From an uncultured Desulfospira sp. (lineage in GTDB: Bacteria > Desulfobacterota > Desulfobacteria > Desulfobacterales > Desulfobacteraceae), in contig OY760175.1 of NCBI GenBank assembly GCA_963663165.1, positions 4,064,001 to 4,128,000 on the forward strand: a stretch of DNA of 64,000 bases. The letters are read 5' to 3'. Shown here piece after piece: positions 21,730 to 33,482 of this stretch (positions are counted from its first letter, which is position 1; every line of letters begins with the position of its first letter). The notes under the pieces are model-generated. The model saw only the letters and a program-made list of their open reading frames with translations, made no database searches and was not told the origin of the DNA. A program made the translations under genes and the position numbers.

Positions 21730-21853
21730 TATCCGTCCCATTTGAAAAGAGATTGGGTTAATCTTCTTTCCCCCTGTGGGTGTTAAATCCCGGTATCCGG
21801 CAGTTTTTTACGGTATCACAGACCGCCCGGCAAAGATGCCGGACAAACCATGG

Positions 21854-22480
21854 CTAGGCTATCTTCTGGGAATCTTTACCACTGAAAAAACCTTTGATTT
21901 TTGTGAAAAGCGCTTTAATTCCCCGCCAGATTTTGGGCAGCAGCCAGACCATCAGGCAGACAAGTCCGGTCAACAGGATTAAAAACAATATGGGGTAATG
22001 CAGGGCGGCAAAGATCCCGCCGATCACGGCCACATCCTCAACAAAGGAGGCGGCCCAGTTGGTAAAGGGTTCGGGGGAGGCATTGATCAGTATCCGGGTT
22101 CCGGATTTGGTCAGATGACTGCCGGCGGCAAGGCCGCCGCCGATAATGCCGGCGGCAAGGGCAAGGGCCGGGCTCACATCGCCCACGGCGCCGGCGGCAA
22201 TCATCACGCCGGCAGGGATGCGGATAAAGGTGTGAAGGGTATCCCACCCCGTATCCACACCAGGGGTTTTGTCTGCAAAGAACTCGACACAGTACATGAA
22301 TCCGGATGCCCAGAGTACCACGGGTTCGGTCAACATCTCAAGCCCCGGGGGCAGGACAATGTTGCCGGTGGCCCCCAGAATGCCCAGCACAAATACGGTG
22401 GCATACAGGTTGATGCCGCTGGCCCATGCCGCACCCATGCTCAACGATATGGTCTTTATAATCTGATCAAAGGATTCCAT
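21854..22480 (-). CDS. DUF4126 membrane protein
   Basis: WASGINLYA, EFFADKTPGVDTGWD, SPEPFTN; GAAAGGAGG RBS before ATG 22480. Confidence 0.85.
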   Translation of the reverse strand: MESFDQIIKTISLSMGAAWASGINLYATVFVLGILGATGNIVLPPGLEMLTEPVVLWASGFMYCVEFFADKTPGVDTGWDTLHTFIRIPAGVMIAAGAVGDVSPALALAAGIIGGGLAAGSHLTKSGTRILINASPEPFTNWAASFVEDVAVIGGIFAALHYPILFLILLTGLVCLMVWLLPKIWRGIKALFTKIKGFFSGKDSQKIA

Positions 22481-22656
22481 TGGAAACCTCCTTTCGTTGC
22501 AATGACGGTTTCCCATTCAAACGGCCCGGTTTTTCGCAAGGCAGCTGCTCCAGGGTTTTTGTTTAATATACGCCCTTGGGCTGTTTTTAAAAAGCCCCTT
22601 GGACAAAATTTGGGGCCACCCCATTCCGCCAGCCTAGGGTTTGATGGCGGCGGAAT

Positions 22657-22738
22657 GGAAACCGGAGACGGGAGACCGCAGACCGGATTTGCGATTTCCC
22701 CGAGGGTTTCGCTTCCGGTCTGCGGTTTCCGGTTTCCC
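22657..22738. repeat. period-7 tandem-repeat hairpin (GGAGACC / GGTTTCC)
   Basis: ggaaaccggagacgggagaccgcagaccgga ... tccggtctgcggtttccggtttccc. Confidence 0.65.
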
Positions 22739-22853
22739 GCATCTATTCCTGAACTTGGTCAAAATCAGGCTTTTTTTGAAGGTCGGTTTGTGTTAAGTTT
22801 TTAGAGTTCCTCTTAAGCCAAGACAGAATAACCCGTCCGCTACCAAGGAGTCT

Positions 22854-25800
22854 GTGATGCGTGTTTCGTATATAACCGCCATTTCGGTTTGTATCTTGTT
22901 CTGTTTCACTTCTGAAGGGGCCTGCAAGCCGCCCGCCCGGGAGCCTGTTCCGGCCGGCGTCATTGAGCCGAAAACAGATGCCGAATCCGGCAGAACCCGT
23001 TTTTTGCAAAAAACCCTCACCCAGGCGGAACGCCAGTGGCTTAAAGCCCATCCCAGATTAAAGGTCGGTGTTGTCAAGGACCGGCCGCCCTTTGAATTTG
23101 CCGATGCCCTGGGCATGGTTCACGGCATGGTTCCCGACTATCTTCAGCTGATCGCCGACCGCCTTCAGGTTTCTTTTGTAATGGTTGCCAAAAAGGGGGA
23201 CCGCCCTGTTTCGTGGGGCGAAGTTTTAGCGGCGGTCCAAAACAGGAAGATAGATTTTTATCCGATTATGATTCAAAGCCCCGTCCTGTCCGAATATCTG
23301 GATTTTACCCCGCCCTATATCCATTACCCATGGGTCCTGATCGCCCGGAACAATCGTGGAAAAACCCAAAAAATCGAGGATTTTTACGGTAAAAAAATTG
23401 CTGCGGTGGACGCATTTCTACTCAGGGAAAAACTGGCCGCCCATCATCCCCAGCTGGATATGATCCCCATTAATGACCCCCTGGCCGGCCTGACAGCGGT
23501 GGCCAATGGACACATAGATGCTTTTGTTGTCAATGCGGCCGTTGGGGCCTACCTGATCCGGCAGCACGGGTTCAAACAACTGGAACTTACCGGGTTAACC
23601 GGGGACCATGACGCATCCCTCCGGATGGGGGTCCGGAACGATCTGCCGTTGCTGACCGCCATATTGGCCAAGGCCATCAGGTCCCTGACCCCGGAGGAAC
23701 ATGCCGCCACCCACAATCAATGGATTTCCGTTGACTTTGAAAAGGGGGTTGACTGGCAGGGGTTTTTCAAAATCGCTGCCCTCCCGGCGATGGCAGCTTT
23801 GGGCATCATCATCCTGATCACCCTGGCCAACCGGCGGCTCAAGGAAAGCGAATCCCACACCCGGCATTTGCTGGAGTCGGTGGGCGGAGGGGTTCTTTTT
23901 GTGGACACCAAAGGGATCTTTAGTTTTATCAATAACAACGCCCTTTCCATGCTTGGTTACACCAAAGAAGAGGTATTGGGGCAGCATATTGATGCCCTGA
24001 TTCATCATACCCAGCAGAACGGCGACCTGTGCACCAAAGAGAACTGCCGGTTATACCCGGCCTATGCCGGCCGGGAAATCGTCCGGGTGCCACAGGATAT
24101 TTTCTGGAAAAAGGATGAAACGGCCTTGCCGGTTTCCTATCTTGCCAATCCCGTATACCGGCATGGCAGACCCATAGGGGCCGTTATAACCTTCATGGAC
24201 ATTACCCGGAGGCTCAATGCCGATAAACAGATTCAACGGGGCAGGGAACGGCTTGATTTTTCTCTGGAAACCGCCAATGCCTTTAGCTGGGAATATGATT
24301 TCAGGAAAGATGCCATGACCTACAGGGCCTCGTCCTTTTTTATACGGAACGGCTATTCAGAAAACGAGATCCCCGGAAATCATGGGCAATATCTGGCCAT
24401 TATCCATCCGGATGACCGGGACCTGTTCACCAGCGCCTCCGAGCAATACCACCAGAGCAGCGAGGCGGTGTTCAGCGTTGATCACCGCATTAAAAGCAAA
24501 ACATCGGGCTGGGTCTGGCTGCATTCCGTGGGCCGGGCCATAGAATGGGATGACCAGGGACAGATAGTTGCAACCTCAGGCCTGACCCAGGATATCACGG
24601 AACAGAAAAACCTCATTGAACAGCTTCAGCAGGCCGGGGAACGGCTCAATTTTGCCCTCAAAGCTGCCAACTCCATCTACTGGGAACATGATCTGGTAAC
24701 GGATGACCTTTCTTATTCCTCTGACGATATGCTCGCCCGGCATGGGTATACAAAAGAAAATACCCCCCGGACCATGGCGCAGTTCCATGACCTGGTCCAT
24801 CCAGAGGATCTGGCAGCAGCCGTCCAGCAGACTCAGCTGCATTATGAAGGAAAAATTCCCTCATTCGGATATGATTACCGGATCAAGACCCCTGACGGCA
24901 AATGGGTCTGGTTTAATTCAAGCGGCCGGATTATTGAGCGGGATGACCAGGGGCAGCCCATTAAAAGGGGCGGCATAACCCTCGATATCACGGAACGGAT
25001 GAAGCTTCTCCAAGAGGTCCGGCAGTTCCAGGAACGGCTCCGGATCATATCCGACTACACCTATGACTGGCAGTCCTGGCTGGATATCCAAGACGGCATG
25101 GTCTGGATGAACAAGGCCGTTGAACGGATCACCGGGTATACGGTTCAGGAGTGCATGGAAATGGAGGACTATCCCCGGCCCCTGTTTGACGAGGAAAATT
25201 TCAAACTTTACCAAAAGCATACGTCACTGGCCCTCCAGGGGCAGGGACGGCAGGAGGCTGTCCTGCGCCTGACCCGCAAGGACGGTCAGAAGATATGGAT
25301 CCAGTCCTCATGGGAGCCTATTTTTGATGGAACCGGCCAGGTTACCGGGCTTGTCGGGGCGACCAAAGACATCTCAGAGCGGAAAAAGGCCGAATCAAAG
25401 CTGAGGCTGATGTCCAAGGTATTTGCCGAAGCGGCCGACCCCATTCAGATCCTGGATCTTGACCACAACATCATGGACTTTAATGAAGCAACGGTCACTG
25501 CCTATGGATATGAACGGCAGGAACTTTTAGGCCAGAAGGCCTGGCTTATGGTTCCCCAAGAGTTGGACGACCGGGGCAAAGTATTGTTTCAACGCTGCCT
25601 TAACGGTGAAATTGTCCAGGATGTGGAATGGCTCAGAAAGAAAAAAAACGGGTCGGTGATTCCGATTCTGATCACCCTTTCCCTGTTGAAAGACGATGAG
25701 GGCGCCCCCGTTGGAATGGCCGTCATTACCAAAGATATCAGCGCCCTGAAACAGGCGGAACAGGAACTCAAAGATCATCAGGATCATCTGGAAGACCTGG

Positions 25801-28073
25801 TTGAAGAACGGACTGCTGAACTTGCCGAAGCCATGCGGGTGGCTGAAGAGGCCACCCAGGCCAAAAGCGATTTTCTGGCCAATATGAGCCATGAAATCAG
25901 AACCCCGTTGAATGCCGTTATCGGGTTTGCCCACCTGGCCCTTCAAACCCGGCTGGACGACACCCAGTTTGACTATATCCGGAAAATCCAGAACAGCTCA
26001 AGGGCCCTTTTGGGCGTTATCAACGATATTCTTGATTTCAGCAAAATCGAGGCCGGCAAACTGGCCATGGAAACCATTGAGTTCGGCCTGGAAGAGGTTC
26101 TTGAAACCGTTGTCAATCTGATCGGGATCAAGGCCCAGGAAAAAGGGATAGAGGTGATTTTCAACATCGACCCAAACCTTCCCCGGCAGCTCATGGGCGA
26201 TCCCTTAAGGCTTGGCCAGATTCTGACCAACCTGACCAACAATGCGGTCAAATTTACTGAAACAGGGGAAATCATCATTGGCTGCGCCATTCAAAACCGG
26301 CTTGAAGATGAAATCGAACTGGAGTTTTTTGTTCAGGACAGCGGCATCGGCCTGACCCAGGAACAGCAGGATAAGCTGTTTGAGGCCTTTACCCAGGCCG
26401 ATTCCTCCACCACCCGAAAATACGGCGGCACAGGCTTGGGCCTTTTTATCAGCAAGTGCCTGGTGGAAATGATGCACGGCCGGATCTGGGTGAAAAGCAA
26501 ACCGGGCAAAGGGGCGGCTTTCTTTTTTACCGTGCGCCTGCAGATGGCCAAATCCCAGCCGGCCCGCATGGTGGAACCCGACGAACAGTTTGGCCGGAGC
26601 AAGGTCCTGGTGGTGGACGATAACCCCATCTGCCGTACGGTGCTGGCCAAAATGCTGGAATCCATGTCCTTTAAGGTCTCCCAGGCGCCCGGAGCCGAGG
26701 AAGGCCTGGCCGAACTGGAAGCAGCCGCGAAAGAAGCCCCCTTTGACCTGGTCCTCATGGACTGGAAAATGCCCGGCATGGACGGGCTCCATGCATCCAG
26801 AAAGATTAAAAGTTCTTTAGGGATCAAGGTGCCGTCTATTGTCATGGTATCGGCCTATGCCAGGGAAGACCTGATGCAGGAGGCCGACAACATGGCCCTG
26901 GACGGGTATCTGATCAAACCAGTGTCCCCGTCTTTGCTGCTGGATACCATCATGGTGGCCCTGGGCAAAAAGAGCGCTTCGTCTGCCCGTCAGCATCGGG
27001 GCGGGGGACTGCCCGGTGTGGCGGCCATCAAGGGGGCAAGGCTTCTGGTGGCCGAGGACAATGAAATCAACCAGCAGGTGGCCCGGGGAATTCTGGAAAA
27101 CAACGGGTTCAGGGTGGACATGGCAAACAACGGCCGACTGGCCATAGAAGCACTTCAAACCCAGGCATACGATGCCGTCCTCATGGACATTCATATGCCT
27201 GAAATGGACGGGTACACGGCCAGCCGGGAGATCCGGAAAGATGAAAAATTCAAAGACCTGCCCATCATTGCCATGACCGCCAATGCCATGGCCGGCGACC
27301 GGGAAAAAGCATTGGACGCCGGGATGAACGACCATGTGGCCAAGCCCATTGACGTGACCCAGCTGCTCAGCGTGCTGGGCAAATGGGTTAAAAAAACAGA
27401 CGGTAACGGCCCGGACGAAACCCTTCAGACAAGGGATAAGCGTAAAACTCCAGCCAATGCTCTGGGGCCGTTGCCAGGCATCAATACCGGCGACGGGCTG
27501 GACCGCTTGGGCGGCGACCTTGACCTGTATCTGTCACTTTTGTGCAAATTTGTTGAAAACCAGGCCGGATCAGGCGAACAGATCCAAAACGCCTTGGACG
27601 GCCAGGACCTGGAAACCGCCCGAAGGCTTGTCCACACGGCCAAAGGTGTGGCCGGCAACATGGGGGCTGAAGCCCTTTTTAAATCGGCATCCCTTTTGGA
27701 CAACGCGTTGAGACAAGAAGACATCCCCAAAGCCAGGAACCTGATGCCGGATTTCAACCATGCGTTAACACTGGTGATCCAGGGGATCGAAACCTGTCTG
27801 TCAAACCAGAGGCCAAAAGAACCGGAAGATACGGAAAGCAAGGCTTCGCCGGAAACCATCAAACAGCTGCTGTCTGGCTTAAAACAACTGATTGATGACG
27901 ATGACACCGATGCCGGCACCCTGGTCAAACAGCTGTCCGGGGCACTTCCGAGCGAAGGGGGGAAAAGGTTGCTGCACCGGTTGTCCAAAAAAATCAGCGG
28001 CTACGATTTTGAAGGGGCAAAAGAGGCCCTGGCCGAGCTTTGCCGGGAATTAAAAATCAATCTGGAGGAATAA
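22854..28073 (+). CDS. hybrid sensor histidine kinase (periplasmic binding domain, several PAS, HisKA/HATPase, 2 REC, HPt)
   Basis: [14 protein letters not shown]-box, [15 protein letters not shown] and VLMDIHMP receivers, [12 protein letters not shown]t, repeated HPDD/DITE PAS motifs. Confidence 0.93.
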   Translation: MMRVSYITAISVCILFCFTSEGACKPPAREPVPAGVIEPKTDAESGRTRFLQKTLTQAERQWLKAHPRLKVGVVKDRPPFEFADALGMVHGMVPDYLQLIADRLQVSFVMVAKKGDRPVSWGEVLAAVQNRKIDFYPIMIQSPVLSEYLDFTPPYIHYPWVLIARNNRGKTQKIEDFYGKKIAAVDAFLLREKLAAHHPQLDMIPINDPLAGLTAVANGHIDAFVVNAAVGAYLIRQHGFKQLELTGLTGDHDASLRMGVRNDLPLLTAILAKAIRSLTPEEHAATHNQWISVDFEKGVDWQGFFKIAALPAMAALGIIILITLANRRLKESESHTRHLLESVGGGVLFVDTKGIFSFINNNALSMLGYTKEEVLGQHIDALIHHTQQNGDLCTKENCRLYPAYAGREIVRVPQDIFWKKDETALPVSYLANPVYRHGRPIGAVITFMDITRRLNADKQIQRGRERLDFSLETANAFSWEYDFRKDAMTYRASSFFIRNGYSENEIPGNHGQYLAIIHPDDRDLFTSASEQYHQSSEAVFSVDHRIKSKTSGWVWLHSVGRAIEWDDQGQIVATSGLTQDITEQKNLIEQLQQAGERLNFALKAANSIYWEHDLVTDDLSYSSDDMLARHGYTKENTPRTMAQFHDLVHPEDLAAAVQQTQLHYEGKIPSFGYDYRIKTPDGKWVWFNSSGRIIERDDQGQPIKRGGITLDITERMKLLQEVRQFQERLRIISDYTYDWQSWLDIQDGMVWMNKAVERITGYTVQECMEMEDYPRPLFDEENFKLYQKHTSLALQGQGRQEAVLRLTRKDGQKIWIQSSWEPIFDGTGQVTGLVGATKDISERKKAESKLRLMSKVFAEAADPIQILDLDHNIMDFNEATVTAYGYERQELLGQKAWLMVPQELDDRGKVLFQRCLNGEIVQDVEWLRKKKNGSVIPILITLSLLKDDEGAPVGMAVITKDISALKQAEQELKDHQDHLEDLVEERTAELAEAMRVAEEATQAKSDFLANMSHEIRTPLNAVIGFAHLALQTRLDDTQFDYIRKIQNSSRALLGVINDILDFSKIEAGKLAMETIEFGLEEVLETVVNLIGIKAQEKGIEVIFNIDPNLPRQLMGDPLRLGQILTNLTNNAVKFTETGEIIIGCAIQNRLEDEIELEFFVQDSGIGLTQEQQDKLFEAFTQADSSTTRKYGGTGLGLFISKCLVEMMHGRIWVKSKPGKGAAFFFTVRLQMAKSQPARMVEPDEQFGRSKVLVVDDNPICRTVLAKMLESMSFKVSQAPGAEEGLAELEAAAKEAPFDLVLMDWKMPGMDGLHASRKIKSSLGIKVPSIVMVSAYAREDLMQEADNMALDGYLIKPVSPSLLLDTIMVALGKKSASSARQHRGGGLPGVAAIKGARLLVAEDNEINQQVARGILENNGFRVDMANNGRLAIEALQTQAYDAVLMDIHMPEMDGYTASREIRKDEKFKDLPIIAMTANAMAGDREKALDAGMNDHVAKPIDVTQLLSVLGKWVKKTDGNGPDETLQTRDKRKTPANALGPLPGINTGDGLDRLGGDLDLYLSLLCKFVENQAGSGEQIQNALDGQDLETARRLVHTAKGVAGNMGAEALFKSASLLDNALRQEDIPKARNLMPDFNHALTLVIQGIETCLSNQRPKEPEDTESKASPETIKQLLSGLKQLIDDDDTDAGTLVKQLSGALPSEGGKRLLHRLSKKISGYDFEGAKEALAELCRELKINLEE

Positions 28074-28079
28074 GAAAGA

Positions 28080-28165
28080 AGACCGGAGGAAGGGAGAAGG
28101 GAGACCGGATGTCGCGTACGCCCGTATGTGGCATCCGGTTTTCGGTCTCCTTTCTTCCGGTCTCC
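28080..28165. repeat. period-7-like repeat hairpin between convergent genes
   Basis: agaccggaggaagggagaagggagaccggatg ... catccggttttcggtctcctttcttccggtctcc. Confidence 0.6.
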
Positions 28166-28170
28166 CTTAT

Positions 28171-30246
28171 TCATCCCTCCGTGGCATGAACGCGGGACAA
28201 AAACGCCCCTACGGTCTTTCGCAGCACTTCCCCCTGGGAGGAAAGATTCCGTGCCGCATCGCCGATATTGTTGGAGGCGGCTTCAGAACGCTCCGCCGTT
28301 TCCTGGAGGCGTTGAATCTGAGTGGAGACATTCTGGGTCTGGGCCGCGGCCTGCTCAACATTACTGGCGATTTCGGATGTGGTGGCCCGCTGCTGTTCCA
28401 TGGCCTGGGCAATGAGCGCAGAAATGGCCTGGACCTGTTCTATGGTGGTGGAGACCTCGTTGATGGCCCCCACCGAGGCTTTGGTTGACGCCTGAATCAC
28501 GTCGATTTGCTCGGAAATCTTTTCAGTGGCCTGGGCGGTCTGGTGGGCAAGGCCCTTGACCTCGGCGGCCACAACGGCAAACCCTTTTCCGGCCTCACCG
28601 GCCCGTGCGGATTCAACGGTTGCGTTCAGGGCAAGGATATTGGTCTGGGCCGCGATTTCCTGAATCATGGCCACCAGTTTTGAAATCTGCCCCACATGGT
28701 CTTCTAAGATACGGATCTTTTCAGATGTGTTGGTGGCATCCTTGACCGCTTTGGTGGTTGATTCGGTGGCCTCGGCGACCTGGGATGCGATGTGGGCTAT
28801 GGATTCGGACATCTTTTCAGAGGCCCCGGCAACAGTGGTGACATTGCTGGACGTGGCCTCAGCGGAAACCGACACGGCAGAGGACTGCTGTTTGGTGTGC
28901 TGTGCAATGCTCTGCATTTCCGATGAGGTCTGCTGCATGGCCTTGTCGGCGCTGCCCAACCCGTCAAAAACCGACGCCATGGACTGTTCGAATTCCAGGA
29001 TATACTGCTCCCTTTCATTGTGCGCCTTTTCCTGTTTTTGGCGAAGCTGTTCAGCGGCAAAAAGGGCTTCGCGCATGTCGGAAAAACTGTCTTCAAGGGC
29101 AGACAGTTCAATAATTTTGGTGGCAGGCCTTCCGGACTGGCTGAAATCGCCGTTCCGGATTTTTTTGGCATCGTCGGCCAGATGCTTGACCCGCTTGGCC
29201 AGGCGCTGGCTAAAGTACATCATCAAAGGGACAAAAACCACCAGGCTGGCCAGAATAATAAAGAAAATTTTCTGCTGCATGTCTCTGTAAATACGGGTAA
29301 AATCTGATTTTGGAGCCGCAATCCCACTTTTAAAGCCAGGGCCGTCGTGGAGCAGTTCCCGGCCTGCCGAATAAAAATCGTCTTTTTTGGAAGCATCAAA
29401 CAGGGATTTCACTGCCTCGGACGGGACCTTGGCCGCATCGCTTAACAGCGGCACCTCTTTAAAGGTTTCGGGCAGGGCCAGAATCCGATTTTTGCTGTCA
29501 TAGATAAACACCACACTGTTTTCAGATAATTTCTGTTCAGATACATATTGGCTTAAACCGGAAAGGGTTACGTCCACCCCAACCACACCGGTTTTGTCCA
29601 TTAAGGTATGAGATGCGGTAATCCCGGGCTGCTGAAGGGAATTAAACATATACACATCGGACAACGCCGCCCCGCTGCCCGATGTGGCCGCCTCATACCA
29701 GGGGCGCTTTCGTGGATCATACCCCGGCGCGGGCTCGGTGTGGGCCTTGAGCAGATTCTTTTGATCATCCAGGAATGACCAGCTTTGGGTCCGGCTGCCC
29801 CGGGGCTCGCTATAGATGGTCCGGACAATCCAGGCGGCATTTTGAGGGGCCTGATGTTTATCTAACACCGCGGCATGGCCCCTTGTGGCGATAATCTGAT
29901 AAAAACTGCCGTCGTCATGTCCGATGTATATGGAATATATAGACGGGTATTCCGCCAGGGCCTTGAAAATCTGATGCCGGACAGGAGCATCCAGTCCCCC
30001 GTCCCGGGGTTTTTCAATTAACTGGTGGTGGGCAATCATCCCGGACAGTTTCAGGGGGACATCAATGAGGTTATTCACCTGGGTCTGGATTTTGGAGGCG
30101 GTTGTACCGAAAATGTTGTGGGCAACTTCATCGGCTGCTTTCTTACCGATCAGCCACTGGGCAATTAAAATGGTGCCGGACAGCAGTCCGATAATCACCA
30201 GACTACTTACGATTAAAGCGGTTCTGAATTGAAAGCGCATAATCAT
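28171..30246 (-). CDS. methyl-accepting chemotaxis protein with Cache and HAMP domains
   Basis: YDPRKRPWY Cache motif; [30 protein letters not shown] signalling hairpin. Confidence 0.93.
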   Translation of the reverse strand: MIMRFQFRTALIVSSLVIIGLLSGTILIAQWLIGKKAADEVAHNIFGTTASKIQTQVNNLIDVPLKLSGMIAHHQLIEKPRDGGLDAPVRHQIFKALAEYPSIYSIYIGHDDGSFYQIIATRGHAAVLDKHQAPQNAAWIVRTIYSEPRGSRTQSWSFLDDQKNLLKAHTEPAPGYDPRKRPWYEAATSGSGAALSDVYMFNSLQQPGITASHTLMDKTGVVGVDVTLSGLSQYVSEQKLSENSVVFIYDSKNRILALPETFKEVPLLSDAAKVPSEAVKSLFDASKKDDFYSAGRELLHDGPGFKSGIAAPKSDFTRIYRDMQQKIFFIILASLVVFVPLMMYFSQRLAKRVKHLADDAKKIRNGDFSQSGRPATKIIELSALEDSFSDMREALFAAEQLRQKQEKAHNEREQYILEFEQSMASVFDGLGSADKAMQQTSSEMQSIAQHTKQQSSAVSVSAEATSSNVTTVAGASEKMSESIAHIASQVAEATESTTKAVKDATNTSEKIRILEDHVGQISKLVAMIQEIAAQTNILALNATVESARAGEAGKGFAVVAAEVKGLAHQTAQATEKISEQIDVIQASTKASVGAINEVSTTIEQVQAISALIAQAMEQQRATTSEIASNVEQAAAQTQNVSTQIQRLQETAERSEAASNNIGDAARNLSSQGEVLRKTVGAFLSRVHATEG

Positions 30247-30465
30247 CCTGTTTTTTTATTTGATTGTCATTAATTGAGAGAAATTGCGATATAGTATATC
30301 GTTAAAGGCCGGTTTAGAAAAGTCTCTTTTGCATTTTTCTACATGAACTGCTTTAAAGTGGATGAAACTAACGGCCCACAGCCTGAAAGTGATTGGCTGG
30401 CAGTTTTTGAACTGTGCCAGCCGGCTAACAGCTAATGGCTAATGGCCAAAAAAAGGAACACGAGA

Positions 30466-31935
30466 ATGCTCAAAAAAGAATTGAAAATTTATTTTATGGT
30501 GCTTGGACTAGTCCTTCTTTGCACCATACCCCCCTATGCCCGGGAACTGCCGGTGACCGGGTCCATGGACACCCGGGTGGGAAAGCTTGCCTTTGAAGAA
30601 GGGTACCCTTCAGCCCAAACTGTTGAAACGCTTTATGATGAGCTGGGCTTCCAGCGGGCGGTCCAGGCCTATCTGTGGGCCGTTCCCCTGGTGGGATTTG
30701 CCCGGTGGCAGGAACAGCACGAACAGGTATTCGGTGCCAGAGACGGGGATGTGGTCTATTATGTCAGTTACAAGGACAAGCTTGGCCTGCTGACATCCAA
30801 TGCCACCACCCCTTATATCATCGGCATGGCCAACCTTGCCCGGTCCGGCCCCCTGGTCATTGACTTTCCTGCCGGTGACACCTCCGGCGGCATCATGGAT
30901 TTCTGGCAGCGGCCCATTGCGGACATGGGACTGGCCGGCCCGGACAAGGGGGCCGGGGCCCGGTATCTGATTCTCGGCCCGGGCCAGTCGGTCAAGGATA
31001 CAAACGGATATACGGTCATCCAATCTTCCATGAACAATATCTTTCACGCCTTCAGGGTCATTTCAACAGACCCGGATGAGGCCGAAAAGCTGCGCCGGGG
31101 GTATCAGGTCTACCCTTACAGCACCAGGGACACCCCGAGACCCACAAAAATTGTAACCCCGGACGGCAGACACTGGGAAGGGTGGCATCCCGGCGGCCTG
31201 GAGTACTGGAAACTGGTCGCCAAAATGGTGAACCAGGAACCGGTTCATGACCGGGACCGCATCATGGTGGCCACCTTAAAGCCTTTAGGGATTGAAAAGG
31301 GAACGCCATTTAATCCTGATGACCGCCAGACAAAGATTCTTGAAGAGGCAACCCTGGTCGGCGAGTCCATGGCCCGGTGCTTAAGTTATGCCAAGCGGCA
31401 GAAAGAGGCCGGAATCTGGCCTGGCACCCATTGGAAAAACGCCGTTCTTCTGGAGGCTGACCAGGAAACCGACAATTACACGGCACTGGACGAACGGACC
31501 GCCTGGTTCTACGAGGCCGTGACCCTGACCGCCGGCATGACCAGCAAAACCCCGGGAAAGGGCCAGGCCTATATCGGTGTTCAGAAAAGCCGTGACGGCC
31601 AATGGCTCAAAGGGGAACATGCCTATACCCTCCATGTCCCGGCCAATGCGCCGGTAGAGCAGTTCTGGGCCATGACCCTTTATGACACCCAAACCCGCTG
31701 CTTTATTGAAAATGAGTACGAGATTGCCGGCCTTGATTCCCGGTCCGATCTGATCAAAAACCAGGACGGGTCCGTGGACCTGTACTTTGGCCCCAAGGCC
31801 CCTGAAGGAAAAGAGAAAAACTGGATCCCCACGGTCCCGGGAAAGGGATGGTTTGGCTACTTCCGGTTTTATGCGCCCACCAGGGCATATTTTGACAGAT
31901 CCTGGCAGCTGCCGGATATTGTAAAACAACATTGA
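30466..31935 (+). CDS. exported DUF1254/DUF1214 protein
   Basis: Signal peptide; RAVQAYLWAVP, TSNATTPY, FWAMTLYD, NWIPT...RFYAP. Confidence 0.85.
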   Translation: MLKKELKIYFMVLGLVLLCTIPPYARELPVTGSMDTRVGKLAFEEGYPSAQTVETLYDELGFQRAVQAYLWAVPLVGFARWQEQHEQVFGARDGDVVYYVSYKDKLGLLTSNATTPYIIGMANLARSGPLVIDFPAGDTSGGIMDFWQRPIADMGLAGPDKGAGARYLILGPGQSVKDTNGYTVIQSSMNNIFHAFRVISTDPDEAEKLRRGYQVYPYSTRDTPRPTKIVTPDGRHWEGWHPGGLEYWKLVAKMVNQEPVHDRDRIMVATLKPLGIEKGTPFNPDDRQTKILEEATLVGESMARCLSYAKRQKEAGIWPGTHWKNAVLLEADQETDNYTALDERTAWFYEAVTLTAGMTSKTPGKGQAYIGVQKSRDGQWLKGEHAYTLHVPANAPVEQFWAMTLYDTQTRCFIENEYEIAGLDSRSDLIKNQDGSVDLYFGPKAPEGKEKNWIPTVPGKGWFGYFRFYAPTRAYFDRSWQLPDIVKQH

Positions 31936-31961
31936 TACAGACAAACCGCACAGGAGAAATC

Positions 31962-33317
31962 ATGAAAAAAACACTGGCAGCCGTTCTGTTGTTTGCAGGG
32001 CTTTGCCTGGCTGGCACAGCAATGGCGGCAACAAATGCAGCGGATGTAACCACCATTGCCAAAGAGGCTTTTATTTACGCCTATCCCATGCTGTACAACT
32101 ACAAAACCATGGCCGAACAGACCCAGGAATCGTTTTCATCAGCCTATATCGGGGGCTTTGGCCGTTTCAGGCATTATTCCAAAACCTATACCCCCGATGA
32201 TACGGATATTGTGACCCCCAACAATGACACCCCCTATTCATGGGCCTGGCTTGATTTAAGAAGGGAGCCGTGGGTTTTAAAAGTTCCCGCACTGCCCAAA
32301 GACCGGTACAATGTGTTCCAGTGGTTTGATCTGTATACCCACAACTTTGCCTATGTGGGGGTCCGCGCCACCGGTTATGAGGCCGGCACCTACCTTTTTG
32401 CAGGACCCCACTGGGAAGGAACGGTGCCGGAAGGGATCACCAAAGTCTTCCGGTCTGAGAGCGATATCATCGGCACCCTGACCCGGACCGGCACCAACGG
32501 GCCGGTCAGAGAACTGCAACAGCAGTACGGGCTTTTGCCCTTGAGCGAGTTTGCCGGCGGACGCCCGCCAATGCCTGCGCCGGCTGTCCACTGGCCGGTC
32601 TGGAATGAAAAAACGGCCTTGTCCGCCAATTTTATTTCCTATCTTAACTTTCTGCTGGGGTTTACCAGGCCCCATGAATCGGAAAAAGTGCTGCTTTCCC
32701 GCTTTGGGGCCATCGGCATCGGCCCGAACCGCCCCTTTAACCCGGCCGCCCTGTCCGAAGACACCCGCAACGCCATTGAAGAGGGGGTAAAACTAGGCTT
32801 AAAAAAGCTTGAGGAAGAGGCTGCCAAACTCAAAGGGTCTTCCGGGCTTTTCGGAACCAGGGAATTTTTAAAAAATGATTACACCAAAAGGGCTTTGGGG
32901 GCCATGGTCGGCATTTACGGCAATTCCCTGGAAGAGGCCTACTATGCCTCGCCAACCAGAGACAACAACGGCAATCCACTGGACGGCAACCACCAATATG
33001 AACTTCGGTTTGAAAAGGGGAACCTGCCCCCGGTCAAGCTTTTCTGGTCTTTTACCATGTACCGGCTTCCCGAACGGCTCCTGGCGGCCAATGAAATCAA
33101 CCGGTACTCCATCGGAGACCGAACCGATGGCCTTATAACAGCCAAAGACGGCTCATTGACCATCTATATTCAATCCACCCCGCCGGATGGCGACAAAAAG
33201 GCCAACTGGCTTCCTTCGCCAAAGGGGCCCTTTTCTATCATCGGCCGGTTTTACGGCCCGGACCCGTCCCTCATCGACGGCACGTATAAGATGCCGGTAC
33301 CCCGGCTTATCAAATAA
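31962..33317 (+). CDS. exported DUF1254/DUF1214 protein
   Basis: Signal peptide MKKTLAAVLL; TPNNDTPYSWAWLDL, FWSFTMY, NWLPSP...RFYGP. Confidence 0.87.
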   Translation: MKKTLAAVLLFAGLCLAGTAMAATNAADVTTIAKEAFIYAYPMLYNYKTMAEQTQESFSSAYIGGFGRFRHYSKTYTPDDTDIVTPNNDTPYSWAWLDLRREPWVLKVPALPKDRYNVFQWFDLYTHNFAYVGVRATGYEAGTYLFAGPHWEGTVPEGITKVFRSESDIIGTLTRTGTNGPVRELQQQYGLLPLSEFAGGRPPMPAPAVHWPVWNEKTALSANFISYLNFLLGFTRPHESEKVLLSRFGAIGIGPNRPFNPAALSEDTRNAIEEGVKLGLKKLEEEAAKLKGSSGLFGTREFLKNDYTKRALGAMVGIYGNSLEEAYYASPTRDNNGNPLDGNHQYELRFEKGNLPPVKLFWSFTMYRLPERLLAANEINRYSIGDRTDGLITAKDGSLTIYIQSTPPDGDKKANWLPSPKGPFSIIGRFYGPDPSLIDGTYKMPVPRLIK

Positions 33318-33425
33318 CGGTCATACCCTTAATGAAACTGAAGATGCCGGCAACGGCAGGCTATAAATTGGGCACCACAGGTGCTTCGCCCTCTTGTCTC
33401 TTGTTTCTTGTCTCCAGTTTCTTAT

Positions 33426-33460
33426 AAAAAACGCCCCGGACAGCCGCAGCCGCCCGGGGC
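33426..33460. terminator. probable intrinsic terminator between convergent genes
   Basis: A-run followed by the imperfect stem GCCCCGG...CCGGGGC. Confidence 0.55.
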
Positions 33461-33482
33461 TCTTAGTTATGTCACGGCCTGA

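Noticed and set aside
21672..21750. Direct repeats as a mini CRISPR array
   Set aside because: Units are about 14 bp with 8-bp gaps, far too short, and no cas genes are present.
21998..22804. 268-aa plus-strand ORF
   Set aside because: Antisense shadow of the DUF4126 gene running into repeat DNA; no recognisable motifs.
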